Assembly (NCBI GenBank): GCA_963747235.1
Contig: CAVVEU010000008.1
Coordinates: forward strand, 544,001 to 608,000
Length of the DNA stretch: 64,000 bases
Reading direction: 5' to 3'
From: an uncultured Candidatus Rokubacteria bacterium
GTDB lineage: Bacteria; Methylomirabilota; Methylomirabilia; Rokubacteriales; CSP1-6
Every line of letters begins with the position of its first letter. The first letter of the stretch is position 1. Shown in pieces: positions 20,509 through 29,978 of the stretch. The notes beneath the pieces are model-generated. The model made no database searches. It saw only the letters and a list, made by a program, of their open reading frames with translations, and had not been told where the DNA came from. The position numbers and the translations under genes are program-made.

Positions 20509-22044
20509 ATGAGAATTCAACTGGACCGGGGTACCGGGGGGGCGGGCAGGGCATCGCTGTCGCGCCAGATCCAGCTCCACTTCGAGCGGCTGATCAGCCA
20601 GGGCCTGCTGGCGGCCGGGATGAAGCTGCCGGCCAGCCGCGAGCTGGCCCGCGAGCTGGGGGTCAATCGCACGACGGTGGCCCTGGCCTACGACGAGCTG
20701 GTGGCGGGCGGGTGGGCCCGGGCCCACGTGGGGCAGGGGACGTTCGTCGCCGATCGCGTCCCCGCGACCGCCGGCATCACGCGGCCCGCGGCGCCGCGGC
20801 TCGACTGGACTCCGTTCCTCTCCAAGGGCGCCCAGGTGATCGCGGCGGACAGCCGCCGGCGGCGCGGCTACAGCCAGGTGCCGCAGCCCGGGCCGGGCGC
20901 CATCTCGTTCGCGGGGGGCATGCCCGACAGCGGGCTCTTCCCCACCGATGCGTTCCGGCGCGTGCTCAACCGCGTGATCCGCGAGGAAGGGCGGGAGCTG
21001 CTGCAGTACTACCCGGGGCGCGGCTATCCGCCGCTCCGCGAGTTCCTGGCCGGCTACCTGCTGCGCTTCGGGCTCGAGGTCCGCCCCGAGGAGATCCTGA
21101 TCGTCAACGGCTCGCAGCAGGGCTTCGACCTGGTCGCGCGGACCCTGCTGGATCCCGGCGACTTCGTCGCGATCGAGGAGCCGTCCTATCCGCGCGCCAT
21201 GCAGGTGTTCCGCGCGTTCGGGGCCCAGCTCCTCCCCGTACCCATGCGGGACGGGGGGCTCGATCCCGAGCACCTCGACCGGCTGCTCGAGCGGCAGTCG
21301 CCGAAGCTGCTCTACTGCCAGCCCAGCGCCCACAATCCCACCGGGCTCACGATGCGGCCCGACGCGCGGAAGCGGCTCCTGGAGGTGGCGGCGCGGCATC
21401 GGCTGCCCATCATGGAGGACGGCTTCGACGGCAGCCTGTTCTTCGGCCCGCAGCCGCCGGCGCCGCTCAAGGCGCTCGACGTCTCGGGGCTCGTCATCTA
21501 TATCGGGACGTTCTCCAAGATCCTGTTCCCCGGACTGCGCCTCGGCTGGATCGTGGCCGCCCCGGAGCTGATCGACCGCCTGGAAGTCGCCAAGGACCTG
21601 GCCGACATCCACACGAGCCCCCTCATCCAGGCCGCGGTCTACCATTTCTGCCGGCAGCGCCTGCTCGACCGTCACCAGGCAAAGGTCCTGCGCGAGTACA
21701 GCCGCCGCCGCGCCGCGCTGCTGGCATCGCTCGCCCGGCGCATGCCGGCCGGCGTGACGTGGACCGAGAACGAGGGTGGCTTCTCGCTGCTGGTGACGCT
21801 GCCCGCGGGGCTGGACGCCGCGCCGCTGCTCGAGCGCGCCGCGGCGCGCGGGGTGATCTTCACGCCCGGGAACGCGTTCTTCGTGGACGGTGGCGGCGAG
21901 CGGACGCTGCGGCTGTCCTTCTCGGCGCTGCCGCTGGCCCAGATCGACGAGGGCATCAAGCGGCTCGCCGAGATCATTCGTGACGTGCAGCGCCAGCCGG
22001 AGCCGGTGGGCCTCGTGGCCGCCCCGGCCGTGCCGCTGGTCTAG
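20509..22044 (+). CDS. MocR/PdxR-family regulator (GntR HTH plus PLP aminotransferase domain)
   Basis: KLPASRELARELGVNRTTV..Y, NGSQQG, HNPTG, GTFSKILFPGLRLGW; upstream of pdxST. Confidence 0.92.
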   Translation: MRIQLDRGTGGAGRASLSRQIQLHFERLISQGLLAAGMKLPASRELARELGVNRTTVALAYDELVAGGWARAHVGQGTFVADRVPATAGITRPAAPRLDWTPFLSKGAQVIAADSRRRRGYSQVPQPGPGAISFAGGMPDSGLFPTDAFRRVLNRVIREEGRELLQYYPGRGYPPLREFLAGYLLRFGLEVRPEEILIVNGSQQGFDLVARTLLDPGDFVAIEEPSYPRAMQVFRAFGAQLLPVPMRDGGLDPEHLDRLLERQSPKLLYCQPSAHNPTGLTMRPDARKRLLEVAARHRLPIMEDGFDGSLFFGPQPPAPLKALDVSGLVIYIGTFSKILFPGLRLGWIVAAPELIDRLEVAKDLADIHTSPLIQAAVYHFCRQRLLDRHQAKVLREYSRRRAALLASLARRMPAGVTWTENEGGFSLLVTLPAGLDAAPLLERAAARGVIFTPGNAFFVDGGGERTLRLSFSALPLAQIDEGIKRLAEIIRDVQRQPEPVGLVAAPAVPLV

Positions 22045-22053
22045 GAGGCGATC

Positions 22054-23217
22054 GTGGATTTCCACACCCTCGCGGCCCGCGGTGGCCGTGACGTGCCCTC
22101 GGCCAGCCGGCCCCTGACGCCCCCTATCTACCAGACCAACGTGTACGTGTTCGAGGACATGGACACCGTCGAGTCGGTGTGGGAGAGCAAGAAGCCGGGC
22201 TTCGTCTACGGCCGCTACGGCACCGGGAACCACGCCATGCTCGAGGAGCTGGTGGCCGCGCTCGAGGGCGCGGAGGCGGCGGTGGCGTGCGCCTCCGGCA
22301 TGGGCGCCACCACCGCGCTGCTGTTCGGGCTCTTCGCGCCCGGCGATCACCTGGTCTCGGCGCGCGATCTCTACGGCTCCACCGCCGCCTTCCTGGGCGA
22401 CGAGGGCCGCCGGCTCGGCGTCGAGACCGATTTCGTGGACGCGACCGACATCGGGGCGATCGTCAGGGCGCTGCGGCCGACCACGCGCGCGGTCTTCGTG
22501 GAGGCGATGTCGAATCCGCTGCTGCGGCTCGTGGACGTGCCCGCGCTCGCGCCCGAGCTGGCGCGCCGCGGGATCGACCTGATCGTGGACGCGTCGATGG
22601 CGTCGCCCGCGGTCTTCCGTCCGCTCGAGCACGGGGCGACCATGGTCATGCACAGCCTGACCAAGTTCATCTCCGGCCACGGCGACGTCACCGGCGGGCT
22701 CGTGGCCGGCCGCGCCGAGCCGATGGGCCGCGTCCGCAACGCGATGATCCGCGCCGGCACCAACCTGGGCCCGTTCGATGCCTGGCTGGCGACCCGCGGC
22801 GCCCGCACCCTCGCGGTGCGCATGGAGCGGCAGTGCGCCACCGCGCTGGCCCTGGCCCAGGGCCTCGAGCGGCTGCCCGCGGTGTCGCGCGTCTACTATC
22901 CGGGCCTGGCGTCGCATCCCCAGCACGCGCTCGCGGGGCGCCTGATGCCGAAGCTCGGCGGCGCCATGGTCTCCTTCGACCTGCGCGGCGGCGCGCCGGC
23001 GGTGGAGCGCTTCATGGCGCGGGCGCGGCTGCTCGAGTTCGCGCCGAGCTTCGGCGACGTGGCCACCACGTGGACCTATCCGGCCCGCACGTCGCACCGG
23101 CGCGTCTCCGACGAGGAGAAGGCCGCGATGGGAATCGGCGCCGGGCTGGTCCGGGTGTCGGTCGGGCTCGAGGACGCGGCCGAGCTGATGGCCGATCTCG
23201 AGGGAGCCGTCGCGTGA
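22054..23217 (+). CDS. Cys/Met-metabolism PLP-dependent enzyme (cystathionine gamma-synthase/lyase family)
   Basis: [38 protein letters not shown]. Confidence 0.88.
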   Translation: MDFHTLAARGGRDVPSASRPLTPPIYQTNVYVFEDMDTVESVWESKKPGFVYGRYGTGNHAMLEELVAALEGAEAAVACASGMGATTALLFGLFAPGDHLVSARDLYGSTAAFLGDEGRRLGVETDFVDATDIGAIVRALRPTTRAVFVEAMSNPLLRLVDVPALAPELARRGIDLIVDASMASPAVFRPLEHGATMVMHSLTKFISGHGDVTGGLVAGRAEPMGRVRNAMIRAGTNLGPFDAWLATRGARTLAVRMERQCATALALAQGLERLPAVSRVYYPGLASHPQHALAGRLMPKLGGAMVSFDLRGGAPAVERFMARARLLEFAPSFGDVATTWTYPARTSHRRVSDEEKAAMGIGAGLVRVSVGLEDAAELMADLEGAVA

Positions 23218-23870
23218 GCGCGGTCGGAGTGGAGCGCGCGCCGTCGGCGGTGACGCCGGTCACCCTGGAAGGCCGCTGGGTCCGGCTCGAGCCCCTCAGC
23301 CGGTCGCACGCGGCGGGCGTGCTCGCCGCCGCCTCGGGCGCGCGGGACACCTACGGCTTCACGCTGGTGCCCGGGACCGCGGCCGAGACCACCGCGTACA
23401 TCGACGGCGCGCTCGCCGAGCAGGACGCGGGCCGCGCGCTGCCGTTCGCGACGGTGGACCGGGCGCGGGGCGTGGTCGTCGGCTGCACGCGGCTCTTCAA
23501 CATCGAGTTCTGGCCGTGGCCGCCCGGCAACGCCAATCAGCGCGGCGCGGACCGGCCCGACGTGGTCGAGATCGGCTGGACCTGGCTGTCCGGCGCCGCG
23601 CAGCGGACCCCGATCAACACCGAGGCGAAGCTCTTGATGCTGACCCACGCGTTCGATCACTGGCGCGTCCATCGCGTGAGCCTCATGACCGACGCGCGCA
23701 ATCAGCGCTCGCGGAACGCGATCCTGCGCCTGGGCGCCCGGTTCGACGGCGTGCTGCGGGCGGCCCGGCCCGCGAGCGACGGCGCCATTCGCGACACCGC
23801 GGCCTTCTCCATCCTGGACGCGGAGTGGCCCGCGGTCCGGGCCAATCTCGAAGCGCGACTTACGCAGTGA
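23214..23870 (+). CDS. GNAT (RimJ/RimL-like) acetyltransferase
   Basis: [40 protein letters not shown]; GTGA overlap. Confidence 0.88.
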   Translation: MSAVGVERAPSAVTPVTLEGRWVRLEPLSRSHAAGVLAAASGARDTYGFTLVPGTAAETTAYIDGALAEQDAGRALPFATVDRARGVVVGCTRLFNIEFWPWPPGNANQRGADRPDVVEIGWTWLSGAAQRTPINTEAKLLMLTHAFDHWRVHRVSLMTDARNQRSRNAILRLGARFDGVLRAARPASDGAIRDTAAFSILDAEWPAVRANLEARLTQ

Positions 23871-23872
23871 CC

Positions 23873-23894
23873 CGAGTACATCACGAGTACATCA
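23873..23894 (+). repeat. Perfect 11-bp tandem repeat directly upstream of the pdxS RBS
   Basis: CGAGTACATCA CGAGTACATCA followed by AAGGAG. Confidence 0.8.
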
Positions 23895-23908
23895 AAGGAG
23901 ACGAGGAC

Positions 23909-24790
23909 ATGGAAAGCGGAACGCCGAGACTGAAGGTGGGGCTGGCCGAGATGCTGAAGGGGGGCGTCATCATGGACGTCACCAACGCCGAGCAGGCCAA
24001 GATCGCCGAGGACGCGGGGGCGGTCGCGGTGATGGCGCTCGAGCGCGTGCCGTCGGACATCCGCAAGGAAGGCGGAGTGGCCCGCATGTCGCCGGTCACC
24101 AAGATCAAGGAGATCCAGAAGGCGGTCACGATCCCGGTGATGGCCAAGTGCCGGATCGGCCACTTCGTGGAGGCCCAGATCCTCGAGTCGCTCGGGGTGG
24201 ATTTCATCGACGAGTCCGAGGTGCTGACCCCCGCCGACGAGCACTTCCACGTGGACAAGTTCGCCTTCAAGGTGCCCTTCGTCTGCGGGTCGCGCGACCT
24301 GGGCGAGTGCCTGCGCCGCATCGGCGAGGGTGCGGCCATGATGCGCACCAAGGGCGAGGCCGGCTCCGGCAACATCGTGGAGGCGGTGCGCCACATGCGC
24401 GCGGTGACGTCGGGCATCCGCCGGCTCACCCTGCTGGGCCCCGAGGAGCTGATGACCGAGGCCAAGAACCTGGGCGCGCCGTACGACATCGTGCGCTGGG
24501 TGGCCAAGAGCGGGCACCTGCCGGTGCCGAACTTCTCCGCGGGCGGCATCGCCACCCCGGCCGACGCGGCGCTCATGATGCAGCTCGGCGCCGAGGCGGT
24601 CTTCGTCGGCTCCGGCATCTTCAAGTCGTCGGACCCGGCGGTGCGGGCCAAGGCCATCGTGCAGGCCACCACGCACTTCAAGGATCCCGACGTGCTGGCC
24701 AAGGTCTCCGAAGGTCTCGGCGACGCGATGCCCGGCATCGAGACGTCCAAGCTGAAAGAATCGGAGCTGCTCCAGACCAGAGGCTGGTAG
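23909..24790 (+). CDS. pdxS: PLP synthase lyase subunit
   Basis: [42 protein letters not shown]. Confidence 0.96.
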   Translation: MESGTPRLKVGLAEMLKGGVIMDVTNAEQAKIAEDAGAVAVMALERVPSDIRKEGGVARMSPVTKIKEIQKAVTIPVMAKCRIGHFVEAQILESLGVDFIDESEVLTPADEHFHVDKFAFKVPFVCGSRDLGECLRRIGEGAAMMRTKGEAGSGNIVEAVRHMRAVTSGIRRLTLLGPEELMTEAKNLGAPYDIVRWVAKSGHLPVPNFSAGGIATPADAALMMQLGAEAVFVGSGIFKSSDPAVRAKAIVQATTHFKDPDVLAKVSEGLGDAMPGIETSKLKESELLQTRGW

Positions 24791-25441
24791 TGGCCGAGAC
24801 CTCCACCAATCTCCACCAGCTACCGCCAAACCTGCCGGCGCCAGTAGACGACGGCGCCTGCGACCACCTCCCGGGGTCGCGGGTGCCGTCCGTCCGTCTC
24901 GCGTCGACAGGAGGGCGGGGTGGTGGACCTGGCGGAGGCCGCGGCAACAGCCCGCGGTGCTTCTTCTTCTACCCGCGGACCGGCGAGCCCGGGAAGGCCG
25001 CCGGTCCGGAGTGGGACGCGATTCCGGGTGCCCGCGGCTGCACGCCCCAGAGCTGCGGGTTCCGCGATCTCCACCGCGAGTTCACGAAGCTCGGGGTCGC
25101 CGTCTTCGGCATCAGCACGCAGGAGACCGACTACCAGCGGCGAGTTCGTCGCGCGCAACCACGTGCCCTTCGAGCTCCTGAGCGATCGGGACCTGCTGCT
25201 CACCCGCGCGCTCCGCCTGCCGACTTTCGAGTACTCGGTGGAGCGGGGCGAGTACGCGGTGGAGCGGGGCGGCCCGACAACCTTGATCAAGCGCATGGCG
25301 TGGTTCGTCGAGCGCGGATCGATCGAGCGGATCTGGTATCCGGTCTTCCCGCCGGACCGGAATGCCGAGACGGTGCTCGCGTGGCTCCACGAGCGCGGGC
25401 GCGTGCTCGAGCTCGGGCGCGGAGAGGTCAAGCTGGCGTGA
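24790..25441 (+). CDS. Peroxiredoxin, BCP-like (frameshifts near 24920, 24955 and 25140)
   Basis: DDGACDHLPG, YPRTG, WDAIPGARGCTPQSCGFRD, WYPVFPPD. Confidence 0.85.
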
Positions 25442-26016
25442 AGATCGGCGTCCTGGCCCTACAGGGGGACTTCAGCCTCCACCGGAAGTCGCTCGACCGG
25501 CTCGGGGTGGAGTCCGTCGAGGTGCGCATGCCGCGCCAGCTCGAGGACGTGGGCGGATTGATCATGCCGGGGGGCGAGAGCACCACGCTGCTCAAGCTCA
25601 TGGACGCCTGGGACTTCGTACCCGCGCTCGAGAAGTTCCACGCGGCCGGGCGGCCCATCTTCGGGACCTGCGCCGGGATGATCCTCCTCGCCCGTGAGGT
25701 GCAGAGCCCGGCCCAGTTCTCGCTGGGCTTCATCGATCTCACCGTCGAGCGGAACGCCTACGGCCGCCAGAAGGAGTCGTTCGAGGCGGTGGGCTCGGCC
25801 GATCTGGGGGCAGGGCCGCGCCCGCTCAAGATGGTCTTCATCCGGGCGCCCCGGATCCGTCGCCTCGGCCCCACGGTCACGCCGCTGGCCGAGCACCGGG
25901 AAGAATGCGTGATGGCCCGGCAGGGGAGCGTGGTCGTGGCCGCCTTCCACCCCGAGATGACCGACGAGACCACCGTCCACGAGTACTTCGCCGGGATGGT
26001 GCGCGCCACCGGCTAG
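25438..26016 (+). CDS. pdxT: PLP synthase glutaminase subunit
   Basis: IGVLALQG, PGGEST, GTCAG, RNAYGRQ, FIRAP, FHPE. Confidence 0.96.
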   Translation: MKIGVLALQGDFSLHRKSLDRLGVESVEVRMPRQLEDVGGLIMPGGESTTLLKLMDAWDFVPALEKFHAAGRPIFGTCAGMILLAREVQSPAQFSLGFIDLTVERNAYGRQKESFEAVGSADLGAGPRPLKMVFIRAPRIRRLGPTVTPLAEHREECVMARQGSVVVAAFHPEMTDETTVHEYFAGMVRATG

Positions 26017-26662
26017 GCGTCCTTCGGCTCCAGCAGCTCCACCGGGTCGCCCACCGCGATCCGGCCCCCGCTGACCACCGCGCAGTCGAGCGCCATCTGC
26101 CCCCCGAACTCGGAGGCGATCCGCCGGAGCACCGAGAGGTCTTGCTCCAGGGTGTCCGGATCGTACGTGGTCATCACGCACCGCGACCGGAGCTTGGCGA
26201 CGGACGCGACCGCGCCCCCGATCCGCAGCCGGTGCCCGGGCCAGCCGCGCTCCGCCAGCCCCTCCACCCCGCCCACGACGATGTTGGGGCGCAGCCGGCG
26301 GTGGTCCACGCCGAGCTCCGCGAAGGCCCCATCGGTGCCGATCAGGAGCGGCAGGACGTCGAACCGCTCCGGGCCGTCGTAGCGGACCAGGTGGGCCTTC
26401 GGCCCCGCCGCGGACCGGACGGCCTCCGCGATCTCAGGGTCGTCCCAGGCCTTCCCGTTGACCAGCGGCTCGCCACCGGGGCCAGGGTCGCACGCAGGCC
26501 GAGCAGGCGGGGATGGGTCCGGGACGTGATGATCCGGCCGCCGGGTCCCGCGACGAGCACGATGCGATCGCCGACGATGCCCGCCTCGGTGACCTCCGCG
26601 GTCTCGATCCGCTCGCCGGCCATGGACTTCACCGGGTATCGCCACAGCTCCTGAATCCACAT
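26013..26662 (-). CDS. MOSC-domain protein (frameshift near 26470)
   Basis: LWRYPVKSM, GIVGDR, RRLRPNIVV, RCVMTT. Confidence 0.88.
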
Positions 26663-26682
26663 GGGCCGCCCTCCTCTCGTGC

Positions 26683-26710
26683 TAACCTCTTTGAGTAGAA
26701 AAAGAGGTTA
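26683..26710. promoter_or_regulatory. Perfect inverted repeat between the divergent MOSC and CGNR genes
   Basis: TAACCTCTTT-GAGTAGAA-AAAGAGGTTA. Confidence 0.65.
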
Positions 26711-26761
26711 ATGGATTCGGGCTCGGTTCAGATATAAATTAGTCCGTCTGACCAGATACTT

Positions 26762-27379
26762 ATGGAGATAGTTCGAAGGGAAGTTCTCAAGATCGGCGGC
26801 GACCTCGCGGTCGAGTTCGCCAATACCGTCTCCTCGCCGGCGGGCTCCACCGGCGCGCTCCAGTCCTGGAGCGACCTCATCGACTTTCTCGCGCTGCGCG
26901 GAGGCCTGGCGCCCGGCGACGGAGCCATGCTCCGGGCGATGGGCGCGACGGACGCCCGCCGCTGCGCCGGGGCCTTCGCCCAGGCCCTGCGCCTCCGCGA
27001 GACGATCCGGGCCATGCTCGGCGCCATGGCCAGCAAGCGGCCCCTGCGCGCCGAGTGGGTTGCCGAGGTCAACGAAGCGCTTGCAGCCGGGGCTGGCCCG
27101 TCCCGGCTCCTCCGGCAGGATGGCGGGTGGCGGCTCGGCCTGTCGCCGGGCCCGGCCGGTCCCCTGCAGGCCCTGGCCCCGATCGCCCGCGCCATCGCCG
27201 ATCTGGCCGTGTCGGGCCGGAGCGTGGAGATCGGCAAGTGCGCGAACCCACGCTGCGTGCTCTACTTCCGTGACCGATCGCGGACCCGTCGCCGGCGCTG
27301 GTGCTCGATGTCCGTCTGCGGCAACCGGATGAAGGTGGCCGCCCACGTGCGCCGCCACGGCCGCCGCCGCTCCGCCTAG
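26762..27379 (+). CDS. ABATE/CGNR zinc-finger (DUF1470) putative regulator
   Basis: LAVEFANT; C-terminal CANPRC..F.DRSR...RRWCSM..CGNR.K. Confidence 0.92.
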   Translation: MEIVRREVLKIGGDLAVEFANTVSSPAGSTGALQSWSDLIDFLALRGGLAPGDGAMLRAMGATDARRCAGAFAQALRLRETIRAMLGAMASKRPLRAEWVAEVNEALAAGAGPSRLLRQDGGWRLGLSPGPAGPLQALAPIARAIADLAVSGRSVEIGKCANPRCVLYFRDRSRTRRRRWCSMSVCGNRMKVAAHVRRHGRRRSA

Positions 27380-27385
27380 CCTGCT

Positions 27386-27418
27386 TTGCCCTTGACAGCC
27401 CCCCGGGGGCGAGGGCAA
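27386..27418 (+). terminator. GC-rich hairpin after the CGNR gene (possible terminator)
   Basis: TTGCCCT...AGGGCAA arms enclosing CCCCCCGGGGG; no U-tract. Confidence 0.35.
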
Positions 27419-27422
27419 GGTA

Positions 27423-27433
27423 TGGTCCGACCA
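27423..27433. promoter_or_regulatory. FadR/GntR-type operator upstream of the OOR-like operon
   Basis: TGGTCCGACCA palindrome overlapping a TATGGT -10-like hexamer. Confidence 0.7.
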
Positions 27434-27477
27434 GCCGACCAGCGGCTCACCGGACGCGCGTTTCGAGGAGGAAGGGC

Positions 27478-28683
27478 ATGGCTCACTTCACCTGCGAGGT
27501 CGTCTACCGCGGCATCTTCCAGAAGAACCTGGCGGCCAGAATATGCCGGGGGATCGTGCTCTCGGCACGCAAGGCCGGCCGGTGGGGGATCGCGTTCGGG
27601 CGCTACGGGGACAGCCCCCAGCGCAACGGGATCCCCGCCAAGGACTTCGCGATCGTCGCGGACACGCAGGAAGAGCTCGAGCAGAACATGGCCCGCTACG
27701 AGCCCAAGGAAGTGGACGTCACGATCTGCGTGGACGACACCCTGTCCAAGGGCGTGGAATCCTGGGCCTGGTACGGGCTCCAGCCGATCAACCGGCTGAC
27801 CGTCTCCGGCGGCACCGTGCTGATGACCTCGCTGCAGAACCCGGCCCAGCTCCTGAAGGACATCCACAAGAAGGACGCGCCATATAACCTGGCCCTCATC
27901 CGGGCCAAGGCCTCGTTCTCCGGGCTCTGGGTCTACAAGGAAGACCACACCGAGGCGCGGATCCTGGGCGCCCTGGCCCGGATCCAGCCCGAGTTCCTGT
28001 CGCTGGACGCGGTGTGCCAGGCCATCAAGGAGGCCGAGTGGGGCTCCGATCTCAAGGTGGCCTCGGCCCGCAAGGCCCACGAGCGCCTGGAGACCCAGCC
28101 GATCAAGATCACCGAGGGCAATGCGGAGACCCCGTTCTCCTTCGAGAAGCCGAAGTGGTGGGAGATGCGCGAGGGTGTGACCATCCCGGCCATCCCCATC
28201 GGCAAGCCGATGGAGGGGGGCAAGGGCTACGTGCCCGAGCGCAACCCGTACTTCAAGAAGTTCACCACCCGCACGATGCGGCCGGTGATCGACTTCGACA
28301 AGTGCGTGAAGTGCACCCTCTGCTGGATCCAGTGCCCCGACTCCTGCTTCGACGTCACCCCGGACGGCCTCTACGACGCCAACATGGAATCCTGCTGCGG
28401 CTGCGGCGTCTGCGAGGCGGTGTGCCCGGCCAAGGAATGCGTGACCATGGTGCGCGAGGACGCCTTCGAGGACAACGCGAGCCAGTGGGAGATGTGGCGT
28501 ACCGACAAGGCCACGTACACGACGTGGATGACCGACAAGATCCACAGCAAGGAGCACATCACCCGGTCCCACGGGTTCCGATTCCGCGGCCAGTACGAGG
28601 AAGAGATCAAGCAGGAGCTGGAGTCGGGCGGCATCGAGATCACTGCGGGCATTCCCGGCGAGAACGCCGACTCGAAGAAGTAG
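27478..28683 (+). CDS. 2-oxoacid:ferredoxin oxidoreductase fused gamma/delta subunit (oxalate oxidoreductase delta-like)
   Basis: Gamma-type N-terminus (FGRYGDSPQR) plus two ferredoxin motifs CVKCTLCWIQCP and CCGCGVCEAVCP; RBS GAGGAGG. Confidence 0.88.
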   Translation: MAHFTCEVVYRGIFQKNLAARICRGIVLSARKAGRWGIAFGRYGDSPQRNGIPAKDFAIVADTQEELEQNMARYEPKEVDVTICVDDTLSKGVESWAWYGLQPINRLTVSGGTVLMTSLQNPAQLLKDIHKKDAPYNLALIRAKASFSGLWVYKEDHTEARILGALARIQPEFLSLDAVCQAIKEAEWGSDLKVASARKAHERLETQPIKITEGNAETPFSFEKPKWWEMREGVTIPAIPIGKPMEGGKGYVPERNPYFKKFTTRTMRPVIDFDKCVKCTLCWIQCPDSCFDVTPDGLYDANMESCCGCGVCEAVCPAKECVTMVREDAFEDNASQWEMWRTDKATYTTWMTDKIHSKEHITRSHGFRFRGQYEEEIKQELESGGIEITAGIPGENADSKK

Positions 28684-28698
28684 GGGAGGACTGAGACC

Positions 28699-29927
28699 AT
28701 GGCCGTCGAGACCAAGCCCGCAGGAGCAGTCGCCGACCACAAGGAGATGCTGATCTCCGGCAGCGAGGCCTGCGCCGAGGCGCTGACCCTGGCCGATATC
28801 GACGTGGTGACCGCGTACCCGATCCGGCCCTACGACACCGTCATGCAGGCCATCGCCAAGAAGATCGCCAACGGCCACCTGGAGGCGGAATACATCGTCG
28901 CCGAGGGCGAGCACAGCCAGTTCGAGATCGTCAAGCACGCCTCCACGGTGGGGGCGCGCGTGTTCTGCGGCTCCTCCGGCGTCGGCTGGATGTACGCGAT
29001 GGAGTGCCTCGTCGTCACCCCGCCGCTGCGCGTGCCGATGGTCTGCATGGTCGGCAACCGGGCGCTCGACGATCCGGGCGCCTTCGGCGTCGAGCACAAC
29101 GACGCGCTGGTCGTCCGCGACCTGGGCTGGATGCTGATCTGGGTGGATACCGCCCAGGAGATGCTCGACACCACGCTGCTCGCCTACCGCATCGCGGAGG
29201 ACCGGCGCGTGTTCCTGCCCATCGCGATCTCCGCGGACGGCGCCTTCCTCACGCACTCCCAGACCATCTGTCAGGTGCCGAGCCGGGCCCTGGTGGACAA
29301 GTTCCTCCCGCGCTACGACCGGGGCGACCTGCAGCTACATCCGGACAACCCGATCACGGTGGCGCCCCAGGCCAACGAGGACTGGGTCATCGAGATCCGG
29401 CGCCAGAACGACGAGGCGATGAAGCGGGCCAGCACCGTGATCGAGGAGGCCTACGCGGACTTCCGCAAGATCATGGGCCGCGCGCCCGAGAACCCGTGGT
29501 TCGAGGAGTACATGACCGAGGACGCGGAGATCATCCTGGTCGGCATGGGGACGATCTCGCTGCCGATGAAGGTCGGCATTCGCAACATGCGGGCGCAGGG
29601 CAAGAAGGTCGGCCTGGTGCGGCCGCGGTGGTTCCGCCCGTTCCCGACCGACCGGCTGGTGAAGGCCCTCTCGAAGGCTTCGGCCATCGGCGTCATCGAC
29701 CGCGACTATTCCTTCGGCTCGCCCTTCAATTCGGGGGTGGTCGCCAACGAGATCCGTGCCGCCATGTACAATGCGGACAAGCGCCCGCCGCTGCTCAGCT
29801 TCATCTGCGGGCTCGGCGGCCGTGAGGTCACCCTGGAAGACGTCGCCAAGGCCGCGGACATGTGCTACGCGGCCGCGAAGGCCGGGAAGTCCGACCCCAA
29901 GACGCATTGGCTCGGCGTCGAGAGTAG
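28699..29927 (+). CDS. porA: 2-oxoacid:ferredoxin oxidoreductase alpha subunit, oxalate-oxidoreductase-like (stop displaced by an indel near 29920)
   Basis: YPIRP, EGEH, GSSGVG, NRALDDPGAFG, FRPFP, GLGGRE. Confidence 0.88.
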
Positions 29928-29931
29928 CGCT

Positions 29932-29964
29932 GCGAGCCGCAGCCGCAGGCGAGGCGAGCGAATA
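29932..29964 (+). repeat. 33-nt GA-mismatch hairpin repeat, copy A
   Basis: GCGAGCCGCAGCCGCAGGCGAGGCGAGCGAATA; 29/33 identical to 61490-61522. Confidence 0.75.
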
Positions 29965-29978
29965 CTAGGGAGACCTAC

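Noticed and set aside
27392-27426. TTGACA...TATGGT as the OFOR operon promoter
   Set aside because: The spacer is 23 nt, too long for sigma70. Only the -10-like box and the operator were retained.
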